A stretch of 64,000 bases of DNA from Dehalococcoidia bacterium (GCA_963663185.1 OY760135.1:1587170-1651169); one strand, 5' to 3'; counted from the stretch's first letter, positions 29,036 to 39,302 are shown. Notes: generated from the letters alone by a model not told the origin. Made by a program: numbers and translations.

Positions 29036-29938
29036 TCACTGCGCGTTGCGCAACTGCGGATCAAGGAAGTCGCGCATCCAGTCGCCGAAGACGTTGACGA
29101 CCAACGACACCACAATGATCGCGATTCCAGGAACCGTGACCAACCACCAGGCGATGCTGATCAGGTCACGGCCTTGCGAGATCATGATGCCCCATGAGAT
29201 CGAGTCTTGAGCGATCCCGACGCCGAGGAAGCTGAGTCCCGCTTCGGCGATGATTACGGTGGCGACATTCAGCGTCGCCAGGATGACAATCGAGTTGACC
29301 AGGCTGGGCAGGACGTGCCGCACCATGATCCGCAGGTCGTTTGCTCCGATGGTCCGGGCGGCGATCACGAACTCGCGCTCTTTGAGGCCGAGCGTCTCTC
29401 CACGGACCAGGCGGGCGAATGTTGCCCACAAGGCGAAGACAAGCACGATGACGACGTTGGTCAAGCTCGGGGGCCAAATGGCGCGCAGGAATACCGCGAT
29501 GAGAATCGCGGGCATCGCCAGTTGCAGGTCGACCAGGGCCATGATCACGCGGCTGGTCCAACCTCCGAACCATCCCGCCAGGAGGCCAAGCATCGAGCCA
29601 ACCACGGTGGCCAGCGGAATCACCATGAGGATGGCGAGCAGTGAAATTTGGGCGCCGTGAATCAATCGGCTCAGCGTGTCGCGGCCAAGATCATCGGTGC
29701 CCAAGGGATGGTCGATACTTCCGTCAGCCTCGAAAAATGGGGGCTGCAACCGACCAACCAGATTGAGCTTGAAGGGATCCTCCGGCGCGATGTAGGAACC
29801 GAACACACCGACGATGACGAACAACAGCAGAACCGACAGCGTCACAGCCAGGGTCTTCGGAGAACGAATTTGCCAACTGCGACGCCGTCCGGCGAACGGA
29901 TCCTGAACCTCTGGAGGTGGCGACTGCGACTCTGTCAC
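29036..29938 (-). CDS. Peptide/nickel ABC permease (DppC/OppC)
   Basis: HPLGTDDLGRDTLSRLIHGA, KEREFVIAARTIGA. Confidence 0.92.
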   Translation of the reverse strand: MTESQSPPPEVQDPFAGRRRSWQIRSPKTLAVTLSVLLLFVIVGVFGSYIAPEDPFKLNLVGRLQPPFFEADGSIDHPLGTDDLGRDTLSRLIHGAQISLLAILMVIPLATVVGSMLGLLAGWFGGWTSRVIMALVDLQLAMPAILIAVFLRAIWPPSLTNVVIVLVFALWATFARLVRGETLGLKEREFVIAARTIGANDLRIMVRHVLPSLVNSIVILATLNVATVIIAEAGLSFLGVGIAQDSISWGIMISQGRDLISIAWWLVTVPGIAIIVVSLVVNVFGDWMRDFLDPQLRNAQ

Positions 29939-29941
29939 AAC

Positions 29942-30877
29942 TCAGATCGCTCCCGTCCGAATTCGTGGATCGATGAATGTGTACGAAACATCAACGACGA
30001 GGTTGACGAAAACGATCCAGACGGACGTCAACAGCACCGATGCCTGAATTACGGGATAGTCGGTGGAGATGATTGACTGGATAATCAGCTGCCCAAGCCC
30101 TGGCCAGGCGAAGACGGTCTCGACGATGATTGCCCCGGAGAGGATGTTGCCGACCTGCAGGCCTAAGAGAGTGATCACGGCCAACATCGAGTTGCGCAGG
30201 GCGTGCTTGAACAGCACCGCACGCTCGGTCAGGCCTTTGGCACGAGCTGTGCGGATGTAGTCCTGTTGCAGCGTGTCGAGCATCGCCGACCGCGTGAATC
30301 GCATCACGGCCGCGGCAGGGAACGAGCCCAATGTGATCGCAGGCAGAATGATGCTCTGCGGAGTCGTGCGGGACCCGGTCGGAAGCCAATCGATGTTGAG
30401 CGCGACGAACAGGATCAACATCAATCCCAACCAGAAGTTGGGCACAGCCTGACCGAACAAGGCTCCCAGCCTGCTAATGATGTCGGTCGCCCCACCTCGC
30501 CGCACCGCTGACACGATGCCCAACGGAATACCTATGGCAAATGCGACGAAGAGGCCGGCGGCGCCGAGCTGAATCGTGGCGACCAACCGTTCGCCGACCA
30601 CATCAGTCGCAGGCCTCGTCGCACGGAACGATTGGCCGAAATCGAGCCGCACGACATCCCAGAGGAATTGTCCGTACTGCTCGAACAGTGGGTCATTGAG
30701 ACCGTATCGGTCCTTGGCTTCTTCGATCTCTGCAGCGGTTGAATCGATTGGCGCGAGCAGCGAGACGGGGTCGCCCGCCCCACGGCTCATGAAGAAGACG
30801 ATGGTAACCACGCCGAAGACGACCGCGATCGAGCGCAGCAACCGTCCAACGGCAGTCGTCCCGAGTTCGCTGCGCAT
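29942..30877 (-). CDS. Peptide/nickel ABC permease (DppB/OppB)
   Basis: QDYIRTARAKGL, VETVFAWPGLG. Confidence 0.92.
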   Translation of the reverse strand: MRSELGTTAVGRLLRSIAVVFGVVTIVFFMSRGAGDPVSLLAPIDSTAAEIEEAKDRYGLNDPLFEQYGQFLWDVVRLDFGQSFRATRPATDVVGERLVATIQLGAAGLFVAFAIGIPLGIVSAVRRGGATDIISRLGALFGQAVPNFWLGLMLILFVALNIDWLPTGSRTTPQSIILPAITLGSFPAAAVMRFTRSAMLDTLQQDYIRTARAKGLTERAVLFKHALRNSMLAVITLLGLQVGNILSGAIIVETVFAWPGLGQLIIQSIISTDYPVIQASVLLTSVWIVFVNLVVDVSYTFIDPRIRTGAI

Positions 30878-30894
30878 CGTTGCTCATTTCTTCG

Positions 30895-31037
30895 ACCTCC
30901 CCCAGTGGGGGAGGTGTCACAACGTGTCGGAGGAGGCCGCCGCCAACGAATCACGAATCTCGGCAGACGCACCGAAACCCTGCGGTTGTCTCCCGGGTCC
31001 CCTCAGTCCCTGCGAGACAGCTCCCCCAAACGGGGGA
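30895..31037. repeat. REP/MITE-like palindromic element
   Basis: ACCTCCCCCAGTGGGGGAGGT (30895-30915) and CCCCTCAGTCCCTGCGAGACAGCTCCCCCAAACGGGGGA (30999-31037); same style as the 20349-20551 arms. Confidence 0.7.
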
Positions 31038-31049
31038 ACGCTGAAATGC

Positions 31050-32963
31050 CTACGTCTTGAGCTTCTGCGCGAAGATTGGATTGAGGCCGGTTGAGGTGCC
31101 GTAGAACTCGTTGTAGAGCACATTCGGCGTCGTCGCGTAGAGGTGCGGCAGACCGAACAGCGGGACCTGGAAGGCATTCTCGTATGAGATCACCGACGCC
31201 TGGTAGTACAGGTCGTTGGCGCGCTGCTGATCGAAGTCGACGTTGGCCTCTTCGATCAACGCCTGGAACGCCTGGAACTCTGGTAAGAGATCGTCGTCCG
31301 CCTGCGCGTGCGAGTACGGAGCGCCAATCGTCGTGACCAGCCGGTAGGCGAACGCCGAACCCAGCGGCGCGCCACTTGTGACGCCGGCCTGATTGAAGAT
31401 GAATGGATTCGGCAGCTCGTTGTTGCGCATCAGCGCGAGCGCGTTGCCAAAGTCGGCATAGTCGATCTCGACCTGGAAGCCCACGTCGTTCAACATCTGC
31501 TGAACCGCCGGCATCCAGATGCGGTCGGCGGTCCAAAGGCCGGTCGGCAGGGTGATCGTGAATGAGAATCCTACCTGACCTGCTTCTTCAAGCAGCGCCC
31601 GAGCGCGATCAGGATCGTAGTTGTACTGACCCTCCAGGTTGCCGAGCGGCGGGTCGTAACCGGCGGGGAAGGGCGAGTAGGCTCGTTCTTCAGTGCCGGT
31701 CAGCAGGTTGTCGATGATCGCCTGGGCGTCGATTGCGTAGTTGGCCGCCCGCCGGACGCGGACGTCGCGCCAGGGATTCTCGCCGCCGGTGATGGGGTCG
31801 ACCGAGCCGTTGACCGGCAACTCGATTGCCATGACACGAACGTCGGGCAGCGCGATCACCTTGAAGTCGTCGCGGTCTTCGAACTGGCTGGCAACGTCCG
31901 GGCTGATCCGGTAGGCGATGTCGACCTCACCTGCCTCCAGGGCGGCGGCTCGGGCCTGCTCCTCAGGGAAGTAGCGGCCCGTCATGTACTTGGCCCAACC
32001 AGCCTTCCACTGGAAGGGGGAGTCGCGGTCGAACGCGAACTCCTCGAACCGCTCGCTGCGAATCTCCTGGTCGGGCACCCAGGACATGAACTTGTACGCG
32101 CCGAAGCCGACCGGGTTGTTGGCAAAGTGGTCGTCGCCGTTGTCGATGATGTACTGCTTGGGCAGCATGCCGAAGTTGATCCCACCCGACTGCTCAGCCG
32201 CATCGACGAAGGGAACGTCCATCGCGATGTCGACCGTGTATTCGTCAATGACCGTGATGTCGCCCATCCAGGCGGCGCGGGCGCGCAATTGCGACTGGAA
32301 GTCGGGGTTGTACTCAGCCCGACCAAGGATGCGCTCGAAGTAGAACTGCACCGCTTCGGCGTTGAGCGGCTCGCCGTTATGGAAGGTAGTGCCCTCTTTG
32401 ATCGTCCAGCGGAAGCTCGAGAGGTCGTCGGCGAACTCCCAGTCGCCGAAGCCACCGGTCTGCTGGATCACACGACCCGAGTTGTAGGCCGCCAGAGCCG
32501 CGAAATGCAGGTTGTTGCTGGCGCCCTGACCGCCGCCGCCGCCGGCGGTAGTGATGTCGAGCGTGGGCGGGAACGAGCCGTAGCCGACAATCAGTTCGGC
32601 ATCGAGGTCGACTTCACTGACCTCGGCCTCTTGCTGGGCAGTGCTTCGATCCAGCTCCTCCTGCTCTTGCTGGTCCTGTTGTTCGACCTGCTGAGCTTGC
32701 TGATCGGCCTGCTGCTCCTGCTGGTCCTGCATCGCCTGCTGTTGCGCGGCCTGCTGCTGATCTTGCTGCTGCATCGCCTGTTGCGGCTGGTCTTGCTGCT
32801 GATCGGCCTGAGCGGCTGACGGCTGCTGATCGTCATCGTCGTCATCGCCGCAACCAACGAGCGCCAGGCCTGCTGCGCCAACTCCGGCGCGGGCCGAGGC
32901 TCGGAGCAGCGCACGGCGGCTGAGTTGGGATCCACGAAGTCGCTGCCAGTGGTTGGTCATCAT
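31050..32963 (-). CDS. ABC substrate-binding protein family 5, Tat lipoprotein with Q-rich linker
   Basis: LSRRALLR...LVGC; WTIKEGTTFHNGEPLNAEAV, PWRDVRVRRAANYAID. Confidence 0.9.
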   Translation of the reverse strand: MMTNHWQRLRGSQLSRRALLRASARAGVGAAGLALVGCGDDDDDDQQPSAAQADQQQDQPQQAMQQQDQQQAAQQQAMQDQQEQQADQQAQQVEQQDQQEQEELDRSTAQQEAEVSEVDLDAELIVGYGSFPPTLDITTAGGGGGQGASNNLHFAALAAYNSGRVIQQTGGFGDWEFADDLSSFRWTIKEGTTFHNGEPLNAEAVQFYFERILGRAEYNPDFQSQLRARAAWMGDITVIDEYTVDIAMDVPFVDAAEQSGGINFGMLPKQYIIDNGDDHFANNPVGFGAYKFMSWVPDQEIRSERFEEFAFDRDSPFQWKAGWAKYMTGRYFPEEQARAAALEAGEVDIAYRISPDVASQFEDRDDFKVIALPDVRVMAIELPVNGSVDPITGGENPWRDVRVRRAANYAIDAQAIIDNLLTGTEERAYSPFPAGYDPPLGNLEGQYNYDPDRARALLEEAGQVGFSFTITLPTGLWTADRIWMPAVQQMLNDVGFQVEIDYADFGNALALMRNNELPNPFIFNQAGVTSGAPLGSAFAYRLVTTIGAPYSHAQADDDLLPEFQAFQALIEEANVDFDQQRANDLYYQASVISYENAFQVPLFGLPHLYATTPNVLYNEFYGTSTGLNPIFAQKLKT

Positions 32964-33130
32964 GTTTCCTTCCGATGTCCGAAATGTTCGTATGCGCGAA
33001 ATATAACGAATCTGAGACGTCCTCATGGAGCAGGGGACGCGCACTCCGTCCAGAGGCGCGCATCACTCTGGCCCAACGACGCCGATATCATTCGAGGCAG
33101 AAGTCATCGCGTCGGTATTGGAGGTTTCCC

Positions 33131-34198
33131 ATGGCAGCTGAGTTTTGGACGATGGGGGCTGGGCGCCCGACGAGCGACGATCCGTCCGTCTTTGACGGCG
33201 TGCAGATGGCCGTGCAGGCCGAGCAGCTGGGCTATGACGGGATTGTCTGGGTCGACAGCCAGAATTTGGCGCCCGATTGCTACATCTCGATGGCGCTGGC
33301 GGCGCACGCGACCTCGCGGATTCAGCTCGGAACCGGCGTGACCAATTCCTTCACCCGTCATCCGGCGATCACCGCGTCTGCCATCGCGACAGTTCAGGCG
33401 GAGAGTCGGGGACGAGCACACATGGGAATCGGTCGCGGCGATTCAGCGCTGGCGCACCTCGGCCTGGCGCCGCACGGCGTGGTGGAGTTCGAGCAGTATC
33501 TGAGTCAGCTGCAATCCTACCTGCGCGGCGACACCGTGCCGTTCGGGGCGACCGATGTCGACGCGCTCGGCCTGGCCGACACGCCGCAGGCGAGTCGGAT
33601 TTACTACATGTCGCAGATGGGTCCGAAAGTCCCCGTGGATGTTGCGGCGACCGGACCGCGCGTGATCCAGGCCGCCGCGCGCCATGCCGACCGCATCAGC
33701 TTCAACGTCGGCGCCGACGTGGAGCGCACGCTCTGGGGAATGGAGGTCGCGCAGGAGGCGCGGGTGGAGGCGGGACTCGATCCGGATATCCCGTTTGCCG
33801 CCTATATTCCGCTGGCCGTCCACGACGATCCTGAGCAGGCGATGCGAATCGGAGCGGGTCAGGTCTCGCTGTTTGCGCGATTCTCCAACATGTACGGCAC
33901 GGTCGTCGGTCCGGCGAGCGATCAGCAAGCCAGGGTGCTGGGCGACATCCACGACCACTACGACATGCACGGGCACGGTCGTCCGGGCAGCGCGCAGGCG
34001 GACGTGATCCCAACCGAGTTTGAGCGCTCGTTCGGAATCTTCGGCTCGCCCGACTACTGCGTGCAGCGATTGGGAGAGCTGGTCGAAATCGGGATCGACC
34101 GCTTCATCTTCCGAGGCTCACCACTCGATCCGAGCAATCCCGACACGGAATCCAGCGCGCGCTTCACGCAAGAAGTGATTCCGCAGCTGAAGGGCTAG
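33131..34198 (+). CDS. LLM-class flavin/F420-dependent oxidoreductase
   Basis: GYDGIVWVDSQN, LGTGVTN, GIGRGDSA. Confidence 0.9.
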   Translation: MAAEFWTMGAGRPTSDDPSVFDGVQMAVQAEQLGYDGIVWVDSQNLAPDCYISMALAAHATSRIQLGTGVTNSFTRHPAITASAIATVQAESRGRAHMGIGRGDSALAHLGLAPHGVVEFEQYLSQLQSYLRGDTVPFGATDVDALGLADTPQASRIYYMSQMGPKVPVDVAATGPRVIQAAARHADRISFNVGADVERTLWGMEVAQEARVEAGLDPDIPFAAYIPLAVHDDPEQAMRIGAGQVSLFARFSNMYGTVVGPASDQQARVLGDIHDHYDMHGHGRPGSAQADVIPTEFERSFGIFGSPDYCVQRLGELVEIGIDRFIFRGSPLDPSNPDTESSARFTQEVIPQLKG

Positions 34199-34203
34199 CA
34201 CCA

Positions 34204-35268
34204 ATGGCAGTCGAATTCTGGACAGCCGGACGAGGACGCGCGTCGAGTGGAGACCCGTCGGTATTCACCTCGGCCAGGCAGGCGCAACGCGCGGAAGAGC
34301 TGGGCTACGACGGGATCACGTTCGTCGACAGTCAGAATCGGGCGAGCGACTGTTACGTCGCATTGACCGTGGCTGCTCATGCAACCACCAGGCTCAAACT
34401 GGGCACCGGCGTGACCAACTCCTACACCCGCCACCCTGCCGTAACCGCTTCGGCGATCGCGGCGATCCAGGCCGAGAGCGGCGGTCGGGCATATCTCGGA
34501 ATTGGGCGCGGCGACTCCGCGCTGGCACACCTCGGACTGGCGCCGCACGCGGTGCCGGCCTTTGAGCGCTACCTCGAGCAGCTTCAGGGCTACTTGCGCG
34601 GCGAAGACGTGGCATTCGGCGAGACCGATGTCGATGTTCTGGGTCTGGCTGACACCCCGGACACCAGCCGCCTCGAGTGGCTCGAATCGTCGTACGCCAA
34701 AGTACCGGTCGATGTCGCGGCCACTGGACCGCGGGTGATCGCCGCCGCCGCGCGTCACGCCGATCAGGTCAGCCTCGCGGTTGGAGCCGACCCGGAACGA
34801 ATCAAGTGGGGCATGGACGTCGCGTGGGAAGCCCGCGCCAACGCAGGCCTTGATCCTGACATTGACTTCGGCGCCTACATTCCGACGGTCGTCCATGACG
34901 ACCCTGAAACAGCCTTGGGCATCGGCGCACCCGGGCTCTCGCTCTTCGCGCGCTTCTCCAACATGTACGGCGAGATCGTCGGGCCGGCTACTGACAATCA
35001 GCGCGACGTGCTGACCAAGATCCACGACAGCTACGACATGCACGGTCACGCACGGGAAGGCAGCGCGCAGTCGGCCCAGGTGACGCAGGAGTTCGCCGGC
35101 AGCTTCGGAGTCTTCGGCCCGCCGGACTACTGCGTCCAACGACTCGGAGAGCTGATCGAGCTGGGCGTCACCCGCTTCTTCATCACCGGCGCCACGCTCG
35201 ACCCCAGTCACCCCAGCTCGGAGTGCAGCGAACGCTTCGTGAGCGAGGTCGCCCCGCAGCTGCGATAG
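34204..35268 (+). CDS. LLM-class flavin/F420-dependent oxidoreductase (tandem paralog)
   Basis: Same motifs; collinear with the upstream gene. Confidence 0.9.
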   Translation: MAVEFWTAGRGRASSGDPSVFTSARQAQRAEELGYDGITFVDSQNRASDCYVALTVAAHATTRLKLGTGVTNSYTRHPAVTASAIAAIQAESGGRAYLGIGRGDSALAHLGLAPHAVPAFERYLEQLQGYLRGEDVAFGETDVDVLGLADTPDTSRLEWLESSYAKVPVDVAATGPRVIAAAARHADQVSLAVGADPERIKWGMDVAWEARANAGLDPDIDFGAYIPTVVHDDPETALGIGAPGLSLFARFSNMYGEIVGPATDNQRDVLTKIHDSYDMHGHAREGSAQSAQVTQEFAGSFGVFGPPDYCVQRLGELIELGVTRFFITGATLDPSHPSSECSERFVSEVAPQLR

Positions 35269-35315
35269 GGTCGATCCGTCTCGGATAGGATCATCTGAAC
35301 GACGGAGAGTCCGAG

Positions 35316-36962
35316 ATGACCGACTGGACGAATCAGCTGTATTTCGGCGACAACCTCAGCGTGCTGCGTGAGCACATCCCGGACGAGTCAGTCGACCTGA
35401 TCTACCTCGACCCGCCGTTCAACTCCAACGCTACCTACAACGTGCTGTTCGAGGAGAGATCGGGTGAGGATCCTACGGCGCAGATCATCGCCTTTGAGGA
35501 CACGTGGCACTGGACGATCGAATCGGAGCGAGCCTACCGGGAGGTCGTGACCGAGGGACCTGACAAGCTCGGCCGATTGCTCCAGGCGATGCGCGAGTTC
35601 CTGGGCCAGAACGACATGATGGCGTATCTCACGATGATGGCCCAGCGTCTGGCTGAACTGCACAGAGTCCTCAAACCAACCGGCAGCATCTACCTCCACT
35701 GCGACCCGACGGCGAGTCACTACTTAAAGTTGCTAATGGATGCGGTGTTCGGAAGCAAACAATACCGAAACGAAATCGTTTGGCAGAGGACGCAGAGTCA
35801 CAACACAGCGAATCAGTATGGAAGAGTTGCTGACGTGCTCTTCTATTACTCCCGCGGTGAAAGCTGGACTTGGAATCCGATCTTCACTAAGTACAGCGAT
35901 GAGCAGCTTAGGCGTCATCGCTACGATGATGGCGATGGGCGCATGTACAGACTCGATGACTTAACTGCTCCAAGGCCCGATAGTCGATCAGGAAAGTTCG
36001 AGTGGCGGGGTACAATGCCCGGCGCCAATCGCGGTTGGGGGTACACACTAGAACAACTTGAACACTGGTGGAGTGAAGGGCGAATTCGAGCTAAACGCGA
36101 TGGAACTCCTCGCATGGATGGACTCAAGGTCTATCTGGAGGATACAGAAGGAAAACGTCTCCAGAGCATTTGGACAGATATACCGAGAATTGGTAACACT
36201 TCAAGAGAGCGTCTGGGTTATCCGACTCAAAAGCCGGAGGCACTGTTAGAACGCATCATTAGAGCAAGTAGCTCTGAGGGCGATGTCGTGCTCGATCCCT
36301 TTTGTGGCTGCGGCACGGCGGTTGTTGTCGCCGAGCGGCTCAAACGGCGCTGGATCGGCATTGATGTCACACATATCGCAGTTTCGCTGATGAGATACCG
36401 ACTCCAGGAGAGTTTTAGCGACGATCTTTCGGACTACGAAGTGATCGGCATTCCGAAAGATGTCGCCAGCGCACGCGCGCTCGCCACTGAATCGGAGCAC
36501 GACGGGCGATACCAATTTGAGTACTGGGCGCTCGGCCTCGTTGACGCACGCCCTGCCACCGGCAAGAGAGGCGCCGACTCGGGCGTTGATGGCTACATCA
36601 ACTTCTTCGATGACAATTCCGGCAAGGCCAAACGGATCATCGTGCAGGTCAAGAGCGGGCACGTCAATCGCGGCATGATCGCCACACTCAGGGGCGACAT
36701 GGAACGCGAAGACGCGGCGATCGGCGTCTTCGTCACGCTCGAGGAACCGACCGAGCCGATGAGGCGGGAAGCCATCGCATGCGGCTTCTACGAACCCGAG
36801 AGTCTGCCCGGCAATCAGTATCCGAAACTGCAGATCTTCACCATCGAACAGCTGCTGGAAGAGGCCAAGCCGAAGTATCCACAATTCGGCGGCGCTGCGA
36901 CCTTCAAGCGCGCGCCGCGCCACGTCGAGGAGGGCCAGCAGGGCGGGTTCTTTGGAGATTAG
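35316..36962 (+). CDS. Beta-class N6-A/N4-C DNA methyltransferase with C-terminal Mrr-like endonuclease domain
   Basis: LIYLDPPF (motif IV), YPTQKPEALLERII, DPFCGCGT (motif I), then GADSGVDG...IVQVKSG. Confidence 0.88.
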   Translation: MTDWTNQLYFGDNLSVLREHIPDESVDLIYLDPPFNSNATYNVLFEERSGEDPTAQIIAFEDTWHWTIESERAYREVVTEGPDKLGRLLQAMREFLGQNDMMAYLTMMAQRLAELHRVLKPTGSIYLHCDPTASHYLKLLMDAVFGSKQYRNEIVWQRTQSHNTANQYGRVADVLFYYSRGESWTWNPIFTKYSDEQLRRHRYDDGDGRMYRLDDLTAPRPDSRSGKFEWRGTMPGANRGWGYTLEQLEHWWSEGRIRAKRDGTPRMDGLKVYLEDTEGKRLQSIWTDIPRIGNTSRERLGYPTQKPEALLERIIRASSSEGDVVLDPFCGCGTAVVVAERLKRRWIGIDVTHIAVSLMRYRLQESFSDDLSDYEVIGIPKDVASARALATESEHDGRYQFEYWALGLVDARPATGKRGADSGVDGYINFFDDNSGKAKRIIVQVKSGHVNRGMIATLRGDMEREDAAIGVFVTLEEPTEPMRREAIACGFYEPESLPGNQYPKLQIFTIEQLLEEAKPKYPQFGGAATFKRAPRHVEEGQQGGFFGD

Positions 36963-36968
36963 GCTGCT

Positions 36969-38129
36969 TCAGTCGGACGCCGCCGCAGCGTCGAGGAAGC
37001 TGAGCAGCAACTCTGCGACCGCTTCTGGCTGTTCCTGCTGCACCCAGTGACCCGCGCCGTCAAGGAGATGTCGTCCTAGCAGTTGCGTACAGGCCTGCGG
37101 CATCCGATCAATCGCGCCCGGCGACTGGTACACGCCCCAGTCGGACGCGCCGCCGATGAACGCCGCCGGCACGTTAATTGTCTTGCCGTGGAAGAGCTGC
37201 AACTGCGCCAGACACTGCGGATCGCGCGTCGCCCGATACCAGTTCAGACCGCCCTGGAAGCCGTTGCGTTCGTACTCACCGGCGTAAACGGCCAGTTCAG
37301 CTTGCGAAAGCCATGCGCAGTTGGCGATCTCTTCCGCGGATGGCATCTCGTGCGCCACCGTTGTGGGCATGTCCTCATCCTGATCCATTACGTAGTAGGT
37401 CGGCAGCTTGGCCAGCTCGGTCGCCGACCACGCCTCCAGCGGATGCGGCTTGTTCCCCGGCGTGCCGGCGCTTTCGAGCCAGTCGGCGCTCTTGTGGTGG
37501 TAGTAGGCGCGCAGGAAGTCGTGGACTCCTTGCGGCGCGTTGGTCATGTCGGCGTCGGCGGGTCGCGTGCAGTAGTAGAGCTGGTAGTGCTTGCGCGGCC
37601 GGTCAAGTTTGGCCAGGTCGTCGGCGATGCTCGCCGATCCTGCCGCGCCCGAGCCTCGATGCTCTCCCGCCGGTAGCCCCGGCGGGCCGGTGAATGGCCC
37701 ACTCATGGTCACAACCGAGTGGAAGATATCGGGCCGAATCAGCGCGCAGTAGGCCGCGACCGGTGAGCCGAAGTCATGGCCAAAGACGCCGTCAACCGTG
37801 TCCCAGCCGAGCGCGCTAACCAGCCCGACGGCGTCGCGGGTCAGGTTCAGCATCCCATAGGGCATCAGGCTGTCGTCGTAATCTGCGAGCCAACCAGTCG
37901 TGCGACCGTAACCGCGCTGGTCGGGGGCGACGACGTGGCAGCCGGCGTCCGCGAGCAGCGGCATCAGTCTGCGCCAGCTGTAGGCGAGCTCCGGGAATCC
38001 GTGCAGCAGCAACAGTCGTTGTCCGCCAGAGTCCCAACCCGCTTCGAGGATGTGGACGTCGAGACCGTTGACGTCGGGGATGTAGCGCGTGCGGATGCGT
38101 GGATCGAGGGTGACGGTGTCGTATGACAT
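36969..38129 (-). CDS. Alpha/beta hydrolase (epoxide hydrolase-like)
   Basis: LLHGFPELAYSWR, GHDFGSP, GAGHWVQQEQP. Confidence 0.9.
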   Translation of the reverse strand: MSYDTVTLDPRIRTRYIPDVNGLDVHILEAGWDSGGQRLLLLHGFPELAYSWRRLMPLLADAGCHVVAPDQRGYGRTTGWLADYDDSLMPYGMLNLTRDAVGLVSALGWDTVDGVFGHDFGSPVAAYCALIRPDIFHSVVTMSGPFTGPPGLPAGEHRGSGAAGSASIADDLAKLDRPRKHYQLYYCTRPADADMTNAPQGVHDFLRAYYHHKSADWLESAGTPGNKPHPLEAWSATELAKLPTYYVMDQDEDMPTTVAHEMPSAEEIANCAWLSQAELAVYAGEYERNGFQGGLNWYRATRDPQCLAQLQLFHGKTINVPAAFIGGASDWGVYQSPGAIDRMPQACTQLLGRHLLDGAGHWVQQEQPEAVAELLLSFLDAAAASD

Positions 38130-38200
38130 CACGGTGCCTGGTCGTCTGAGTGGTCGTCTGAGAGGCCCTGGGCTGACGGCCCTGGACTAGCGGCGCTGAA

Positions 38201-38989
38201 CTAGCGGCCCTTGAATTGAGGCTGTCGTTTCTCCATGAACGCCCTTGGGCCTTCGACCGCGTCCTCAGAGCCGAAGGCCCGGGTGGCGAGGATCGACTCC
38301 ATGCTCCAGGCCTGTTCCCAGGACATGCCCATCGCGCCGCGAATGGCAATCTCCTTGGCCGTGCGCACCGCGAGCGGTCCGTTGGCGCAGATCAGATCGG
38401 CGATCGCGTGCGTGGTGGGGAGCAGGTCCTCAAGCGGCACGACGCGATTAATCAGGCCGCAGTGCAGCGCCTCCTGAGCGGAGAGTCGGCGTCCGGTGAG
38501 CAGCAGCTCCATCGCCCAGGCCCATGGGATCTGGCGCGGCAGGCGGATGTGAGCGCCCGCGTCGGGGACGATCCCCCAGCGCACCTCCTGCAAACCGAAC
38601 TCGGCGTGCTGGGCGGCGACGCGAATGTCGGTGCCGAGCATGTATTCGAGTCCGCCGGCGATGCAGTACCCGTTGATCGCGGAGAGCACGGGCTTGTAGA
38701 CGTGATGCAGGTTGCGTGTCTCGCGCACGCGAAGCGGTTCGTCGCGGGTGCCGGCCGCTTTGGCGGGAATGGTGCTGCCAAGATCGGCGCCGGCGCAGAA
38801 GGCGCGTTCGCCCGCGCCCGTGATGATCAACACCCAGAGGTCAGGGTCGCGACTGAAATCCTCCGTGGCGTCGTTGAGCAGACGCAGGAGTTCGGGCGAC
38901 ATCGCGTTCATGCGCTCAGGGCGATTGAAGGTGATGGTCGCGCGACGGCGAGCGTGGTCGGTGTCATAGAGCAGTGGCTGGTCGGTCAT
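38201..38989 (-). CDS. Enoyl-CoA hydratase/isomerase
   Basis: FNRPERMNAM, FCAGADL, INGYCIAGGLE, GLQEVRWG. Confidence 0.93.
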   Translation of the reverse strand: MTDQPLLYDTDHARRRATITFNRPERMNAMSPELLRLLNDATEDFSRDPDLWVLIITGAGERAFCAGADLGSTIPAKAAGTRDEPLRVRETRNLHHVYKPVLSAINGYCIAGGLEYMLGTDIRVAAQHAEFGLQEVRWGIVPDAGAHIRLPRQIPWAWAMELLLTGRRLSAQEALHCGLINRVVPLEDLLPTTHAIADLICANGPLAVRTAKEIAIRGAMGMSWEQAWSMESILATRAFGSEDAVEGPRAFMEKRQPQFKGR

Positions 38990-39029
38990 AGCAGGCGGCT
39001 CCCCTTCGGCTTACGTAGCTACAGTCTAG

Positions 39030-39302
39030 AGTCCGCTCAGAACAGCATCCATCCAAATCGGAGTAGTCATTGCCACTGCCGACGGCGAGCGGGGCCGTTC
39101 CTACGAGTCGGGCGGAGTCCGGTTTACGTCGGCCGATCCTGCGGCTGGACTGCTGACCGACTCCGACGGCGGCGTCTGGACGATTCGCGAGAGCAGTCCG
39201 CTCGGCCCGGACGGAGATGTGCTGCCGCGAGTGGGAGGACACAACGCCTACTGGTTCGCGATCACCAATCAGACCAACAACGGTCGGTTGTGGGAGGACT
39301 GA
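39030..39302 (+). pseudogene. 5'-truncated remnant resembling a DUF3179 C-terminus
   Basis: Startless frame after TAG at 39027-39029: ...DGERGRSYESGGVRF...LTDSDGGVWTI...DGDVLPRVGGHNAYWFAI...TGA. Confidence 0.55.
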
